Source: Candidatus Hydrogenedentota bacterium (lineage in GTDB: Bacteria; Hydrogenedentota; Hydrogenedentia; Hydrogenedentales; SLHB01). Taken from it: DNA of 64,000 nucleotides. This document shows, one piece after another, positions 1 through 9,881 of this stretch. A program made the position numbers and the translations under genes. The stretch covers positions 43,534 to 107,533 of the forward strand of contig JADLGB010000006.1 of assembly GCA_020849535.1 (NCBI GenBank), read 5' to 3'. Each line of letters opens with the position of its first letter. The stretch's first letter is position 1. Below the pieces are notes generated by a model. The model saw nothing but the letters and a program-made list of their open reading frames with translations. It did no database searches and had not been told where the DNA came from.

Positions 1-3000
1 TCTCGGAACACCCCGTCATTCGTGTGGCGGCCCTTTCAGATTGGCCCCCTTTTGACTTCGCTGGCCCGGAGGGAGACTACACCGGTATTGACGCGGATGT
101 GGTCCGCCGTCTGGCGGAGTTAGCCGGGTTCCAGATTGAGGAAGTGCCAGGGAAATGGCCTGACCTCTACCGCATGCTACGGAATGGGGAGTTGGACCTG
201 TGTCCCGGCATGCAGGAATCGGCGGAGCGCCGGGAAGATGTCCTGTTCACGCATTCCTTCTTGAGCTTCCCACATGCCATCTATTCGCGCGGGGAACTTG
301 AGGGGGTGACTCGCGTTTCCGATCTGGCGGGAAAGCGTGTCGCGGTCGAGAGCAACTACTACGAGCACGAGTATCTCGCCAAAAACCACCCCGGGATCGA
401 GCTGGTCGTGGTGCCGAACTCGCTCGAAGCGCTCATCAAAGTCTCGAATGGCGAGGCGGAAGCCTATATCGGAAACGTGGCGGTATCGTCCTATCACATC
501 GACAAGAATGTTCTCACCAATCTCCACATGGGTTCCATGGCCGATCTGGGCCAGTTGGAGTTGACGATCGGTGTTCGCAAGGACTACCCGATACTTGTGG
601 GCATCCTGAACAAGGCCATTGCGGCGCTCACGCCCGAAGAGAAGCACGCGATCGTGCGGCGGCACGTGGTGGCGCGTCCTCAAGTCTCACTGACGGAGGA
701 GGAGCGTGCGTGGATCCGCGCGCATCCGGAGATCCGCTTGGGCATCGATCCCGAATTCGCTCCCTTCGAGTTTGCAGGGAAAGATGGTAAGTACCTGGGC
801 ATGGCATCGGATTATGTGCGCCTCTTGAACGACCGGATGGGGCTTAACATGCAGGTTGTCGAGAAGGGGTCCTGGGAGCAGGCCGTCTCGATGGCGAAGG
901 ACCGGGAACTGGATGTGCTGCCTTGTGTCGGACGCACGCGCGAGCGCGAAGCGCTCTATGTGTTCTCGCAGCCGTATCTGTCGTGGCACCGGGTCGTAAT
1001 CACCCGCCTCGACACGCCATTTACGGGAGATCTTCAGGATTTGGCGGACTACAGGGTGGCCGTTCAGAAGGGTTCATCGCACCACGGTTATATCGTGGAG
1101 AAAACTGCGCTCGATTTCATGCCATGTGAGACGTTTGAGGAAACGCTGATGGCTGTCGCACGGGGTGACGCGGACGCGGCCCTGGGCAATGCGGCCACCT
1201 CCGCATATTGGATTCGCAGCCTCGGACTCACCAATCTGAAGCTGGCCGTTCCCTTGGGCGACAGCGCCGACGACCTCCACTTCGCCGTCCGCAATGATTG
1301 GCCGGAACTGGCGGGCATCATCGACAAAGGACTGCAAAGCATCACAGAAGAAGAGGCCGTAACCATCCGCCAGAAGTGGATGGAGATCGATGTCCAGCCG
1401 GGGAACGATCTGCGGCGGATCGGCGCGGTAGTGGCGTTGACCATTGCGGCGGTCGTGCCGGTCCTTCTTCTCATCGCCGTCCATTACCGCAGGCTGCGTA
1501 GAGAAATGGAGGTGCGGCTGCGCACGCAGAGCGCGCTGGAGGCGAGCGAGGCGAACTACAGGACCTTGGTGGAAAGCGCGAACAGCGTCATCCTCCGCAT
1601 GAAGCCGGACGGCACGGTGACGTTCTTCAATACGTTCGCGGAACGCTTTCTCGAGTATTCCGCCAGCGAGATCGTTGGGAAAAGCGTGATTGGCACGATC
1701 GTGCCGGAAACCGATTCGGCGGGACGCGACCTGCGCAACTTGATGGAAGAGTTGGGCAGGGAACCCGAACGTTTTCAGGTCAACGAGAACGAAAATATGA
1801 CGAAGGCCGGGAGACGGGTGTGGATCGCCTGGACCAACCGGCCCCTTTATGACGCGCAGGGCAACCTGAGTGAAGTGCTTTGTGTTGGGAACGACGTGAC
1901 CGAGCCGCGCAAGACCGCGGACATGCTGCGGCGTTACGAGTTCATCGTGAACACCGTCGAGGAGATGATGAGTGTTGTCAGCGCGGAGGGTATCTACGAA
2001 GCCGTGAACGACGCGTGGTGCGCCATGGTGGGAGTGAGCCGGGAGGAAGCTGTTGGAAGCCCCGTGTCGGGGGTGTGGACGGAGGCGGTCTCGAACGAAT
2101 TCATCAAGCCGAGGATAGACGCGTGTCTGGCGGGGCAACGCGTTTCATACGAGACGATTCTAGACTTGCCCGCGAAGGGGAAACGGTACTGCGAGGTTCG
2201 GATGTATCCCTTCACGGGGCACACGCATGCGGTTACGTACGTGATCGTCGTGGCCAAGGACGTGACCGAACGGAAGAAGTACGAAGCCGAACTCGAGGAG
2301 GCCAAGCTGGCCGCTGAGGCGGGAAATCGGGCGAAGAGCGTGTTTCTTGCGAATATGTCGCATGAGATCCGGACCCCCATGAATGCGGTTCTCGGGTATA
2401 CGCAGCTTCTGCAGCGGATCCCGGGCTTGTCGCCGGAGCAGGAGTACGCGCTGGACGCGATCCGCCGCAGCGGCGATCATCTACTGCGGCTGATCAGCGA
2501 TATCCTCGAGCTTTCCCGGATCGAGTCGGGGCACACCCACCTCGAATTGACGACGTTTAACCTGAGCGAGATGTTGAACGACCTCGACGTCATGTTTCGT
2601 GTGAGGACGAACCACAAGCGAATTGCGTTCGAGGTGGAGGCGAGCGAGGATCTTCCCATTCATATTCGGGCCGATCGCAATCGCATCTTCCAGGTCCTCA
2701 TCAATCTGGTGGGAAACGCGCTGCGGCATACGGACCGGGGACGGGTCACCGTGCGGGCGCGCCGCAACCTTGAGGCGGCGTCCAGTCACACACACGTGCA
2801 TCTTCTGTTCGAAGTCGAGGATACCGGCCACGGGATCGAGGCCGCCGACCTGGAGGCCATATTCGGCAGCTTCGCGCAGGCGGGTTCCAAGGGTTCCCGG
2901 CAAGGAGGGGCTGGACTTGGGCTGACGATCAGCCGGAGCTTCGCGCGGATGATGGGCGGCGATGTATCGGTATCTTCGGAGCTTGGCAAAGGGACGTGTT

Positions 3001-3731
3001 TCCGGTTCACGGTTGCAGTTGAACTCGGCGATGCGCGCGACACCCGGGCGGCAGCGGCCCCGCGAAAGGTCCTGCGTCTGTGCGAGCGCCAACGAGGTAC
3101 GCGAGTCCTCATCGTGGACGATCGCGACACGAACAGGGACCTGCTGGGCCGGCTTCTAACGCATCTGGGTTTCAGCACAAGAGAGTCGGAGAATGGACTG
3201 GAGGCCCTGCAGGTCATGGAGGAATGGATGCCGCGAATCGTCCTCGTTGACCTGGTCATGCCGGTGATGGACGGGTGGGAGACGATCCGCCGCATCCGTG
3301 CGATGCCGGGTGGACGCGACACTGTGACCGTGATAGCGCTCACCGCAAGCACGATGAATGACATGAAGGACTCTGTCATCGCGGAAGGGGCAGACGCTTT
3401 TCTCTCGAAGCCTTTCCGCGAGGAGGAACTTCTCGAGGAAATGCGGTTGCACGCCGGATTGGAGTACATTTACAGCGACCGGAAGCCCACGAAGGATGAG
3501 GAACCCCATGAGGAACTCACGCTGGAGCTTGCGCGGAGCGCGCTCAGCAGGCTGCCGGAGGAATTGCGCACCCAACTGCGGTCGGTGGTCACGCGGGGCG
3601 CGATCAGCGAGTCTCGCGCGCTCGTGACGCGCGTGCGTGAATACGACACGGCGCTGGCCGAGATCCTGCACCGGCGCACGGAGAGTTATACACTGGAAGA
3701 GCTGGGTCCGCTCTGGAAAGAGGAAGTATGA
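1..3731 (+). CDS. Hybrid sensor histidine kinase. The 5' end probably lies upstream of the window (frame open back to base 3; track start 24 is a GTG). Domain order: two periplasmic solute-binding (SBP family 3-like) domains, TM, PAS/PAC repeats, HisKA, HATPase_c, C-terminal receiver.
   Basis: Translation shows two repeats of the SBP-like pattern (…DWPPFDF…GIDADVV… and …GIDPEFAPFEF…DYVRLL…) and a TM helix (AVVALTIAAVVPVLLLIAV). H-box LANMSHEIRTPMNAV is present. The G1/G2 ATP-lid reads GHGIEAADLEAIFGSF…GGAGLGLTISR. Receiver motif is RVLIVDDRDTNRDLL…LVDLVMPVMDG. Confidence 0.85.
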   Translation, partial: SEHPVIRVAALSDWPPFDFAGPEGDYTGIDADVVRRLAELAGFQIEEVPGKWPDLYRMLRNGELDLCPGMQESAERREDVLFTHSFLSFPHAIYSRGELEGVTRVSDLAGKRVAVESNYYEHEYLAKNHPGIELVVVPNSLEALIKVSNGEAEAYIGNVAVSSYHIDKNVLTNLHMGSMADLGQLELTIGVRKDYPILVGILNKAIAALTPEEKHAIVRRHVVARPQVSLTEEERAWIRAHPEIRLGIDPEFAPFEFAGKDGKYLGMASDYVRLLNDRMGLNMQVVEKGSWEQAVSMAKDRELDVLPCVGRTREREALYVFSQPYLSWHRVVITRLDTPFTGDLQDLADYRVAVQKGSSHHGYIVEKTALDFMPCETFEETLMAVARGDADAALGNAATSAYWIRSLGLTNLKLAVPLGDSADDLHFAVRNDWPELAGIIDKGLQSITEEEAVTIRQKWMEIDVQPGNDLRRIGAVVALTIAAVVPVLLLIAVHYRRLRREMEVRLRTQSALEASEANYRTLVESANSVILRMKPDGTVTFFNTFAERFLEYSASEIVGKSVIGTIVPETDSAGRDLRNLMEELGREPERFQVNENENMTKAGRRVWIAWTNRPLYDAQGNLSEVLCVGNDVTEPRKTADMLRRYEFIVNTVEEMMSVVSAEGIYEAVNDAWCAMVGVSREEAVGSPVSGVWTEAVSNEFIKPRIDACLAGQRVSYETILDLPAKGKRYCEVRMYPFTGHTHAVTYVIVVAKDVTERKKYEAELEEAKLAAEAGNRAKSVFLANMSHEIRTPMNAVLGYTQLLQRIPGLSPEQEYALDAIRRSGDHLLRLISDILELSRIESGHTHLELTTFNLSEMLNDLDVMFRVRTNHKRIAFEVEASEDLPIHIRADRNRIFQVLINLVGNALRHTDRGRVTVRARRNLEAASSHTHVHLLFEVEDTGHGIEAADLEAIFGSFAQAGSKGSRQGGAGLGLTISRSFARMMGGDVSVSSELGKGTCFRFTVAVELGDARDTRAAAAPRKVLRLCERQRGTRVLIVDDRDTNRDLLGRLLTHLGFSTRESENGLEALQVMEEWMPRIVLVDLVMPVMDGWETIRRIRAMPGGRDTVTVIALTASTMNDMKDSVIAEGADAFLSKPFREEELLEEMRLHAGLEYIYSDRKPTKDEEPHEELTLELARSALSRLPEELRTQLRSVVTRGAISESRALVTRVREYDTALAEILHRRTESYTLEELGPLWKEEV

Positions 3732-6046
3732 AGAATCAGGATACCTGGAACAGACCGGAGCTACAAGACTGCGACGTACTTATCGTGGATGACAATCCGG
3801 AGAACCTGAAAGTCTTGGGGGATTTCCTGGCGGCGCAAGGGTTCAATGTGCGAATCGCCAGGGATGGTAGCAAGGCCGTGGCCAGCGCGAAAGCCTCACC
3901 GCCGGATCTCATCCTGCTGGATATTCATATGCCCGTGATGGACGGGTATGAGGCCTGCCAGATTCTGAAAGCCACGCCCAGCCTTCAGGACATACCGGTG
4001 ATCTTCCTGAGTGCGCTGGGTGAAACGTTCAATGTGGTGAAGGGATTCGAGTGCGGCGGTGTGGACTACATCACCAAACCGTTCGAATTGGAGGAGGTGC
4101 GTATCCGAGTGAATACGCATCTTCAGATCCGGCGTCTGCTGGTGGAAAGCAGAGCGGGATTCCGCAGCAGTTTCGAGCAGTCCGTGGTGGGCATGTTTCA
4201 TCTGGATCTGGATGGACGGATTATTGCGGCAAACCGGCGCCTGTACGGGATGCTGGGGTACGGTCCTCACGAACTTCACATGAAGGCTATCGATGCCCTA
4301 GGCGCCGCGGCGTCCGATTCGTGCCTCACGGACGCCGTGAAGCGAATCGCCGCGGGCGAACGTATGGAAGCACCGGTAGAGGCGGAGTATCGCAAGAAGG
4401 ACGGCCAGGGTGTGCTGTGCAGAACCACGTTGTCCCTGGTCACTGTGGGTTCGCCGAGGGACCGTTATGTCGCAGGCATCGTGGAGGACATATCGGCCAT
4501 CAAACACGCGGAACGAAGCCTCGCGCGGCAGGCGGCGGCCTTGGAACAGGCCGCGGAATCGATCGTGATCACCGACGCCGACGGGATCGTGCAATACGTC
4601 AATCCGGCCTACGAGGCGGCCTCGGGCATGGCTCAGGAGGATTGCCTGGGCAGGCGGTTTCCAGTATTTGACTCGGCCCACGAAGACGGGGATGGGCAAC
4701 CCGGCGAGATTTGGCGGACAATTACTTCCGGCGAACCCTGGAAAGGGCGGATCGCGGGCGTGCGGAAGGAAGGGAAGGGGTATGTCGAGGAATACAGCAT
4801 AACGCCGGTGCGTGTCGCGGGAGCCGGAATTGTCAATTATGTGTCCGTGGCGAGAGATATCACCGGGCAATTGCAGCTCGAAGAGCAGTTGCGGCAGGCG
4901 CAGAAGATGGAGGCCATCGGCACGCTTGCCGCGGGGATCGCGCACGATTTCAACAATGTACTATCCGGCATTGTCGGTTTCGCGGAGCTGGCCCTGGACG
5001 AGCTGCCCGCGGACGGCAGCGCGCGCGACAGCATTGGGGAAATCCTCAGGGCCTCCGAGCGGGCGCGCGAGCTGATCGCGCAAATCCTTGCCTTCAGCCG
5101 GCACAAGGAATCGCGGGTGGCGTCAATCCATGTTCAAGACGTGGTCCGAGATACACTCAAACTGGTGCAGCGGTCCATTTCGCCGAGCATTGAGGTTGTA
5201 GCGGAGCTGGCGGATGATTGCGGCCCGGTCATGGCGGACCCGTCGGGGATTCACCAGATTGTGATGAATCTGTGCACCAATGCCTACCATTCCATGCAGG
5301 GCACGGATGGCCGCTTGAACGTGCGAATCACGCAGACAGAAATCGACAAGGAGTATCTACAAGGACATCCCAATCTGTTGCCCGGCACTTACATTCGTCT
5401 GGAGGTGAGCGATACTGGGCATGGGATGGACAAAGCGACTATGCAGCGCATCTTCGAGCCGTACTTCACGACAAAGGGCGTGGGAAAGGGAACGGGGCTC
5501 GGGTTGTCGACCGTCCACGGCATCGTGAAGAGTTTGAACGGGACAATCAATGTTTATAGTGAAGTGGGAGTGGGGTCGACGTTTGCCATACTCCTGCCCG
5601 TGGCCCAGAGGGAGGAGCCGTCGGGCCTGCCCGCGCACACCAAGGGCACGCCGGACATCAGCGGTAACGAACGGATTCTATTCGTGGACGATGAAGAGTC
5701 CATTTGCCTCTTCGTGGAAGCGGCACTGAGCCGGCTCGGGTACAAGGTAGTCACGCTGACCGATCCCGTGCACGCCCTCGAACTACTCAAGTCGAGCCCA
5801 ATCCCGTTCGATGCTGTCGTTACTGATGAGGTCATGCCGGGAATCAGGGGGACGGAACTGTGCAGCCATATCTGGCGAATCAAACCCAATCTCCCGGTGA
5901 TTCTGTGCTGCGGTTACCCGGCAGCCGTTCGAAGCACTCCCGGAGAAGAGGGCACATTTGCCGCAAGCCTGACCAAGCCCATGAATGTTTCCGATCTGGC
6001 AAGGACCATTCGCGAGGTGGTGGGAAAGAAGCCCAACGGGAAGTGA
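3728..6046 (+). CDS. Hybrid histidine kinase / response regulator (REC-PAS-PAS-HisKA-HATPase_c-REC). Its ATG overlaps the stop of the upstream kinase (ATGA).
   Basis: N-terminal receiver is DVLIVDDNPENLKVL…LILLDIHMPVMDG. H-box reads GIAHDFNNVLSGIVGF. ATPase motifs are SDTGHGMDKATMQRIFEPYFTTK…GTGLGLS. C-terminal receiver is ILFVDDEESICLF…. Confidence 0.85.
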   Translation: MKNQDTWNRPELQDCDVLIVDDNPENLKVLGDFLAAQGFNVRIARDGSKAVASAKASPPDLILLDIHMPVMDGYEACQILKATPSLQDIPVIFLSALGETFNVVKGFECGGVDYITKPFELEEVRIRVNTHLQIRRLLVESRAGFRSSFEQSVVGMFHLDLDGRIIAANRRLYGMLGYGPHELHMKAIDALGAAASDSCLTDAVKRIAAGERMEAPVEAEYRKKDGQGVLCRTTLSLVTVGSPRDRYVAGIVEDISAIKHAERSLARQAAALEQAAESIVITDADGIVQYVNPAYEAASGMAQEDCLGRRFPVFDSAHEDGDGQPGEIWRTITSGEPWKGRIAGVRKEGKGYVEEYSITPVRVAGAGIVNYVSVARDITGQLQLEEQLRQAQKMEAIGTLAAGIAHDFNNVLSGIVGFAELALDELPADGSARDSIGEILRASERARELIAQILAFSRHKESRVASIHVQDVVRDTLKLVQRSISPSIEVVAELADDCGPVMADPSGIHQIVMNLCTNAYHSMQGTDGRLNVRITQTEIDKEYLQGHPNLLPGTYIRLEVSDTGHGMDKATMQRIFEPYFTTKGVGKGTGLGLSTVHGIVKSLNGTINVYSEVGVGSTFAILLPVAQREEPSGLPAHTKGTPDISGNERILFVDDEESICLFVEAALSRLGYKVVTLTDPVHALELLKSSPIPFDAVVTDEVMPGIRGTELCSHIWRIKPNLPVILCCGYPAAVRSTPGEEGTFAASLTKPMNVSDLARTIREVVGKKPNGK

Positions 6047-6073
6047 TGGAACGGCAGGCGAGGGCACCGGTAC

Positions 6074-7471
6074 CTACAGACCATATTCCGCAGGGATAAA
6101 CTCGCCGGAGAATTGGGCCATGTACGACGCGGCAGCGTTGTCGCCCTGGGCCTCGTAGGAGTCCAGCCCCGCCATGAGCATTTCGAGCCAAGGGATTTCG
6201 ATGTCCGGCAGGCTCAAACGTTTGCTCTCGACAGCTTCTCCAATGATCAGCAGGGCTTCGCGTCCCGCACGCAGCGTGCGCTTAGCGCGATCGGGCGTTG
6301 AGATGATTGCGCGCGCGATGCGGATGCTCGACACCGGTGTCAGCACGAGCGCTTCCGCGCTGGTGGCGGCGTCTGAGTTCGCAAGCCAATTGCGCAACTG
6401 AAGCGCACCGCCCGAGCGCCGGGCTTCATTCATCAGCTTGCAGTCATACCAAAGCTGTTCCAGCATGACCTCCGGCGAGTAGCCGCCGAACATCTGCACG
6501 TAGGGCACGGACTCGTTGCTCCAGGTATCGCAGCAAGACATGGCCACATTGCCGATGGGGCTGGTGTGCGCGCAGGCCGCGGACTTGCCTTCCATGGCGA
6601 TGGGAATGCCCGCGATGGCTTTAAGGATCGGCCCTTCGTAGGCGCAATCCTTGTCGGGGCCGGTGGCGCCGCATTCGAGGGCCACGAGCGAACGGGCTGC
6701 GCCCATGGCACGCACCATCCCGGCAAACACGGTGGGCACCATACGCTTGCGGGCCAACTGCATGGACGTGTTGGCAAAACCGCATGCGGCATCGCCTCCG
6801 GCGACTTTGCCGTGTGCGGCGGCAATGGCGCACACGCGATTCCAGAGGAATTCCATATCGTTTGAGGCCAGCACGCCGAGGGCGAAGACCATGCCCCCCG
6901 CGTCGCACTGAAGGATGGCTTTGTCGGAGACTTCCTTGCCACCGGTGGATTCGATCGAGAGGATATCGGAGTACGGGGCGCAGCGCTCGAACGTCTCGAA
7001 CACGAGTTGTGTTTCGGCGCTGGTACGATTGCGCGGGGGACGGACGCGGTCGCGGATGTCGGCAACGGTGGTGCGGAGGGCGGCATGCACGCCCTTGGGT
7101 TGAAACTCGTCGATGACTTCGCGTGTCGCGCGGATGACGCGTTCCCCCCACTCCGGATTCGCGGTCATCTCGAAGACGAGTTCAATCTCGATGATGAGTT
7201 TCGCGACACCGAGGTCGGCGGCGCGCGTCATCACGCCGAGCGCCATCTTGCGGTACAGTTCGACGACCGCGTCGATAGTCGCTGCGCTCACCTCCGTGGC
7301 ATACGGAACGATGTAGTTGATCTCGGGGATGGTCTCCCCCGCTCCGACTGTTATCCCTTGTGACACGCGCACGGGGTGGGGGGCGACACCAAACTGGAGA
7401 TCATCAACAGAGTCGATCGCAAGTGAAGCGAACGTGGGCACGTCAGCTTTTCCCCGCTGAATGGAGGCCAT
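6074..7471 (-). CDS. MtaB-family (methanol:corrinoid methyltransferase B subunit-like) zinc methyltransferase. Start chosen at an internal Met (track ORF extends to 7531).
   Basis: About 465 aa. Motifs recalled from MtaB: …IPEINY…, IESTGGKEV (Glu ligand), [12 protein letters not shown] (Cys), [42 protein letters not shown] (Cys), [11 protein letters not shown]. Family assignment is from memory and no HMM was run. Confidence 0.6.
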   Translation of the reverse strand: MASIQRGKADVPTFASLAIDSVDDLQFGVAPHPVRVSQGITVGAGETIPEINYIVPYATEVSAATIDAVVELYRKMALGVMTRAADLGVAKLIIEIELVFEMTANPEWGERVIRATREVIDEFQPKGVHAALRTTVADIRDRVRPPRNRTSAETQLVFETFERCAPYSDILSIESTGGKEVSDKAILQCDAGGMVFALGVLASNDMEFLWNRVCAIAAAHGKVAGGDAACGFANTSMQLARKRMVPTVFAGMVRAMGAARSLVALECGATGPDKDCAYEGPILKAIAGIPIAMEGKSAACAHTSPIGNVAMSCCDTWSNESVPYVQMFGGYSPEVMLEQLWYDCKLMNEARRSGGALQLRNWLANSDAATSAEALVLTPVSSIRIARAIISTPDRAKRTLRAGREALLIIGEAVESKRLSLPDIEIPWLEMLMAGLDSYEAQGDNAAASYMAQFSGEFIPAEYGL

Positions 7472-8351
7472 CCCGGACGGCTGCCGCAATTGCGCGAATG
7501 TGGTCAGGTCCTGTGCCGCAGCAGCCGCCAATGATGTTGGCCCCCGCTTTGATGAGTTCGGGCACGCGAGACGCCATCATCTGCGGCGTTTCGGGATAAG
7601 TGATGCCGCCATCATCGGCACGGTGAGGCATGCCGGCGTTTGGATGAACGAGGATGGGGACAGCAGGCGCGGCCGCGCGAAGGTCGCGGATGACTTCGAT
7701 CATTTCCACTGGTCCGAGGCTGCAGTTGGCGCCGAGGATGTCCGCCCCCTCATTGAGCATCCCCGCGGCCATGTCCGCGATGGAGACGCCCATCATGGTG
7801 CGGTAGCCCGTGTCGGTGCGCATGTTGAAGGTGAATGAGGCCACGACTTCCAGAGCGGTGTTTTCTTTCACCGCGCGCACGGCAATGGCGGCCTCGTCGA
7901 GCGCGGCCATGGTTTCCACGCTGCACGCGTCCGCTCCGCCGCGTTCCAGAGCGATCGCCTGTTCGGCGAAGGCCTCGTAGAGCTGCTCTTCCGCTACGTC
8001 GCCCATCATGAGCAGTTTGCCAGTGGGGCCCATGGAAGCGAGGACGTGGAGGGTGTTGCCCGCGATTTCACGAGACAGGCGTGCAGCGGCTTCATTGAGT
8101 TCGGGCGCGCGGCGTGCAAGGCCGTGGGGTTCCAGCGTGATGCGGGAGCCTCCGAAACTGTTGGTCATGATGATGTCGGCGCCCGCATCAGCGTACGACT
8201 TGGCAATGTTTCTCACGACGTCCGGGTGTTCGACATTCCAGAGTTCAGGGCACTCGCCCGCCCCCAGGCCAGCGGCGACGAGGAAGGTCCCCCATCCTCC
8301 ATCGGAGACAAGAATGCCTTTCCGTGCGATGTCATCTCGGATGCTCTTCAT
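7443..8351 (-). CDS. Homocysteine S-methyltransferase domain protein (MetH N-terminal module as a stand-alone protein).
   Basis: Zinc-site motifs are …GANCSLGP… and …[14 protein letters not shown]…. Overall Pfam S-methyl_trans-like barrel sequence ([13 protein letters not shown]…[11 protein letters not shown]…). Start placed at the internal ATG preceded by GGGGGG. Confidence 0.75.
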   Translation of the reverse strand: MKSIRDDIARKGILVSDGGWGTFLVAAGLGAGECPELWNVEHPDVVRNIAKSYADAGADIIMTNSFGGSRITLEPHGLARRAPELNEAAARLSREIAGNTLHVLASMGPTGKLLMMGDVAEEQLYEAFAEQAIALERGGADACSVETMAALDEAAIAVRAVKENTALEVVASFTFNMRTDTGYRTMMGVSIADMAAGMLNEGADILGANCSLGPVEMIEVIRDLRAAAPAVPILVHPNAGMPHRADDGGITYPETPQMMASRVPELIKAGANIIGGCCGTGPDHIRAIAAAVRDGLHSAGKS

Positions 8352-8368
8352 TGTACCCCCTGAACCAG

Positions 8369-9082
8369 TCATCTTCTGCGAAAGCAGGTTTTCATCGTAC
8401 AGACCATGCATGCATTCGTCGCGCGCTCGCACTCGGGACCCATGCCGATGAGGCCGCTGACGGATTTCACCGGGAGCATGAGGGCGGTCTCCGTGAGCGA
8501 GATTCCGCAAAAAGCACGCGGAAACAAGGAAAACAGCGCATGTTGTTCGGAGACATCCCACTCGCAGAAACCGGGGCTGAAGCGGCTCGTGGTGAAGCAG
8601 CCCAGCCCGATCGCGTAGTCGATAACTCGCTCTTCGATCCAATCGGCGGCGCGTTCGACAAGCTCCGAGCCTATGGTGTCCGCGACATACCCCCGGACGG
8701 GGTCGCCAGCCGCGAACTGGGCGCGAATCCAGGTGTCCACTTCGGGTCCGGCCGTCGCGGCGTAGAGCGCCACCTCCCGCGCACCCGACAGCAGACCCGC
8801 GATCCGCTCACCCGGATGGAATACCGTGCCGCCCAAGTGCACGCTCATGCCGTCCAAGTGGACGTCCGCGGGATGAAACAGTCGAACTCCCGCTTTCGCG
8901 TTGGCGTGGCGTTGTGCCTCAATGAGCAGTTCCGCGATCACGCCCGGGACAGGGTCGGGCGCTTGCCCTGGTTCATAGCCCATGGCCCATTCGACATGGG
9001 TGGGATTCAGCGCAAGGGTCTCGAATTCAACTGAGTACTCCACGCCGTCGAGGAGCGGAGCATCTACTTCCAGGAAGTTCAT
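8369..9082 (-). CDS. MetH-type reactivation (AdoMet-binding 'Met_synt_B12'-like) domain protein. Start uncertain.
   Basis: About 240 aa. Position and size fit the C-terminal activation module of cobalamin-dependent methionine synthase, next to the B12-binding and Hcy-binding modules. Similarity is judged by eye only. Confidence 0.45.
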   Translation of the reverse strand: MNFLEVDAPLLDGVEYSVEFETLALNPTHVEWAMGYEPGQAPDPVPGVIAELLIEAQRHANAKAGVRLFHPADVHLDGMSVHLGGTVFHPGERIAGLLSGAREVALYAATAGPEVDTWIRAQFAAGDPVRGYVADTIGSELVERAADWIEERVIDYAIGLGCFTTSRFSPGFCEWDVSEQHALFSLFPRAFCGISLTETALMLPVKSVSGLIGMGPECERATNACMVCTMKTCFRRR

Positions 9083-9179
9083 ACTGCATAGTTCCGATAG
9101 GGCGCGGCATTGCCGGCGTATGGGCGGCGCCATGTGAGCGTTGGCGAAACCGTCCAGCGTCGCGTCCGCAAGCGATCCC

Positions 9180-9848
9180 TCAGGCGACGGCGCCCACCAG
9201 GTAATCGAGCGCGCCTTGCGGGTCGGGTGCGTAGGCGTCCGCACCGATCTTCTTGGCGTACTCAGCGGTCAGCGGAGCGCCGCCGACGATGATCTTGGTG
9301 TCGGGATGCTGCGTGCGCACGGCCGCCACAGTCTTCTCCATATTGACCATGGTCGTGGTCAGCAGCGCACTCAAGCCGACCGCGCTTCCTGGGTGAGACT
9401 TGAGTGCATCCAGAAACTTTTCGGTGCTGACATCCACGCCGAGGTCGATGACTTCCCAGCCGCCGCCTTCCATCACCATGCTGACGAGGTTCTTGCCGAT
9501 GTCATGGAGGTCGCCCTGCACGGTACCGATGATGAAGGTGCCGCGATGCTTGGCCTCTCCGGACTCGAAGAAGGGTTTCAGGTGCACCATGGCCGCCTGC
9601 ATGGCCTTGGACGCCATCAGGAGATCGGGCACGAAGACCTTGTTCTCGCTGAACTTTCTGCCGATGGAGTTCATGCCCACCACCAGCCCCTGGGCGAGCA
9701 CTTCACTCGGCGAAACACCCATTTCGAGGGCGGCCTTGGTGAGTTCGTGGGCGCCATCCTGACCCTTCAGGTCGGGTGGGTAGGGTGATGTGGCGTTGAC
9801 TTTGCCGCGTTCGATGCATGTCGCAATACGTTGAAGAATGTCGTCCAT
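9180..9848 (-). CDS. Corrinoid (cobalamin-binding) protein, MtaC/MtbC/MetH-B12-domain-like.
   Basis: Has an N-terminal helical B12-cap followed by a Rossmann B12-binding domain. The DxHxxG motif reads GTVQGDLHDIGKNLV, and …SALLTTTM… follows. Good RBS (GGGAGG) lies upstream. Confidence 0.8.
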   Translation of the reverse strand: MDDILQRIATCIERGKVNATSPYPPDLKGQDGAHELTKAALEMGVSPSEVLAQGLVVGMNSIGRKFSENKVFVPDLLMASKAMQAAMVHLKPFFESGEAKHRGTFIIGTVQGDLHDIGKNLVSMVMEGGGWEVIDLGVDVSTEKFLDALKSHPGSAVGLSALLTTTMVNMEKTVAAVRTQHPDTKIIVGGAPLTAEYAKKIGADAYAPDPQGALDYLVGAVA

Positions 9849-9881
9849 GATGCCTCCCTCTCTTCCCGTAGAATCCGGCCT

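Noticed and set aside
1074-2138. Long antisense/out-of-frame ORFs inside clearly coding genes (e.g. 1074-2138 minus, 2786-3469 minus, 6433-7086 minus, 10146-11081 plus, 12407-13543 minus, 22185-23351 plus, 44400-45614 plus, 46086-47237 plus).
   Set aside because: High-GC genomes generate long stop-free frames on the opposite strand of real genes. These ORFs have Arg/Pro/Gly/Ala-rich, low-complexity translations and no motifs, and they completely overlap well-supported genes.
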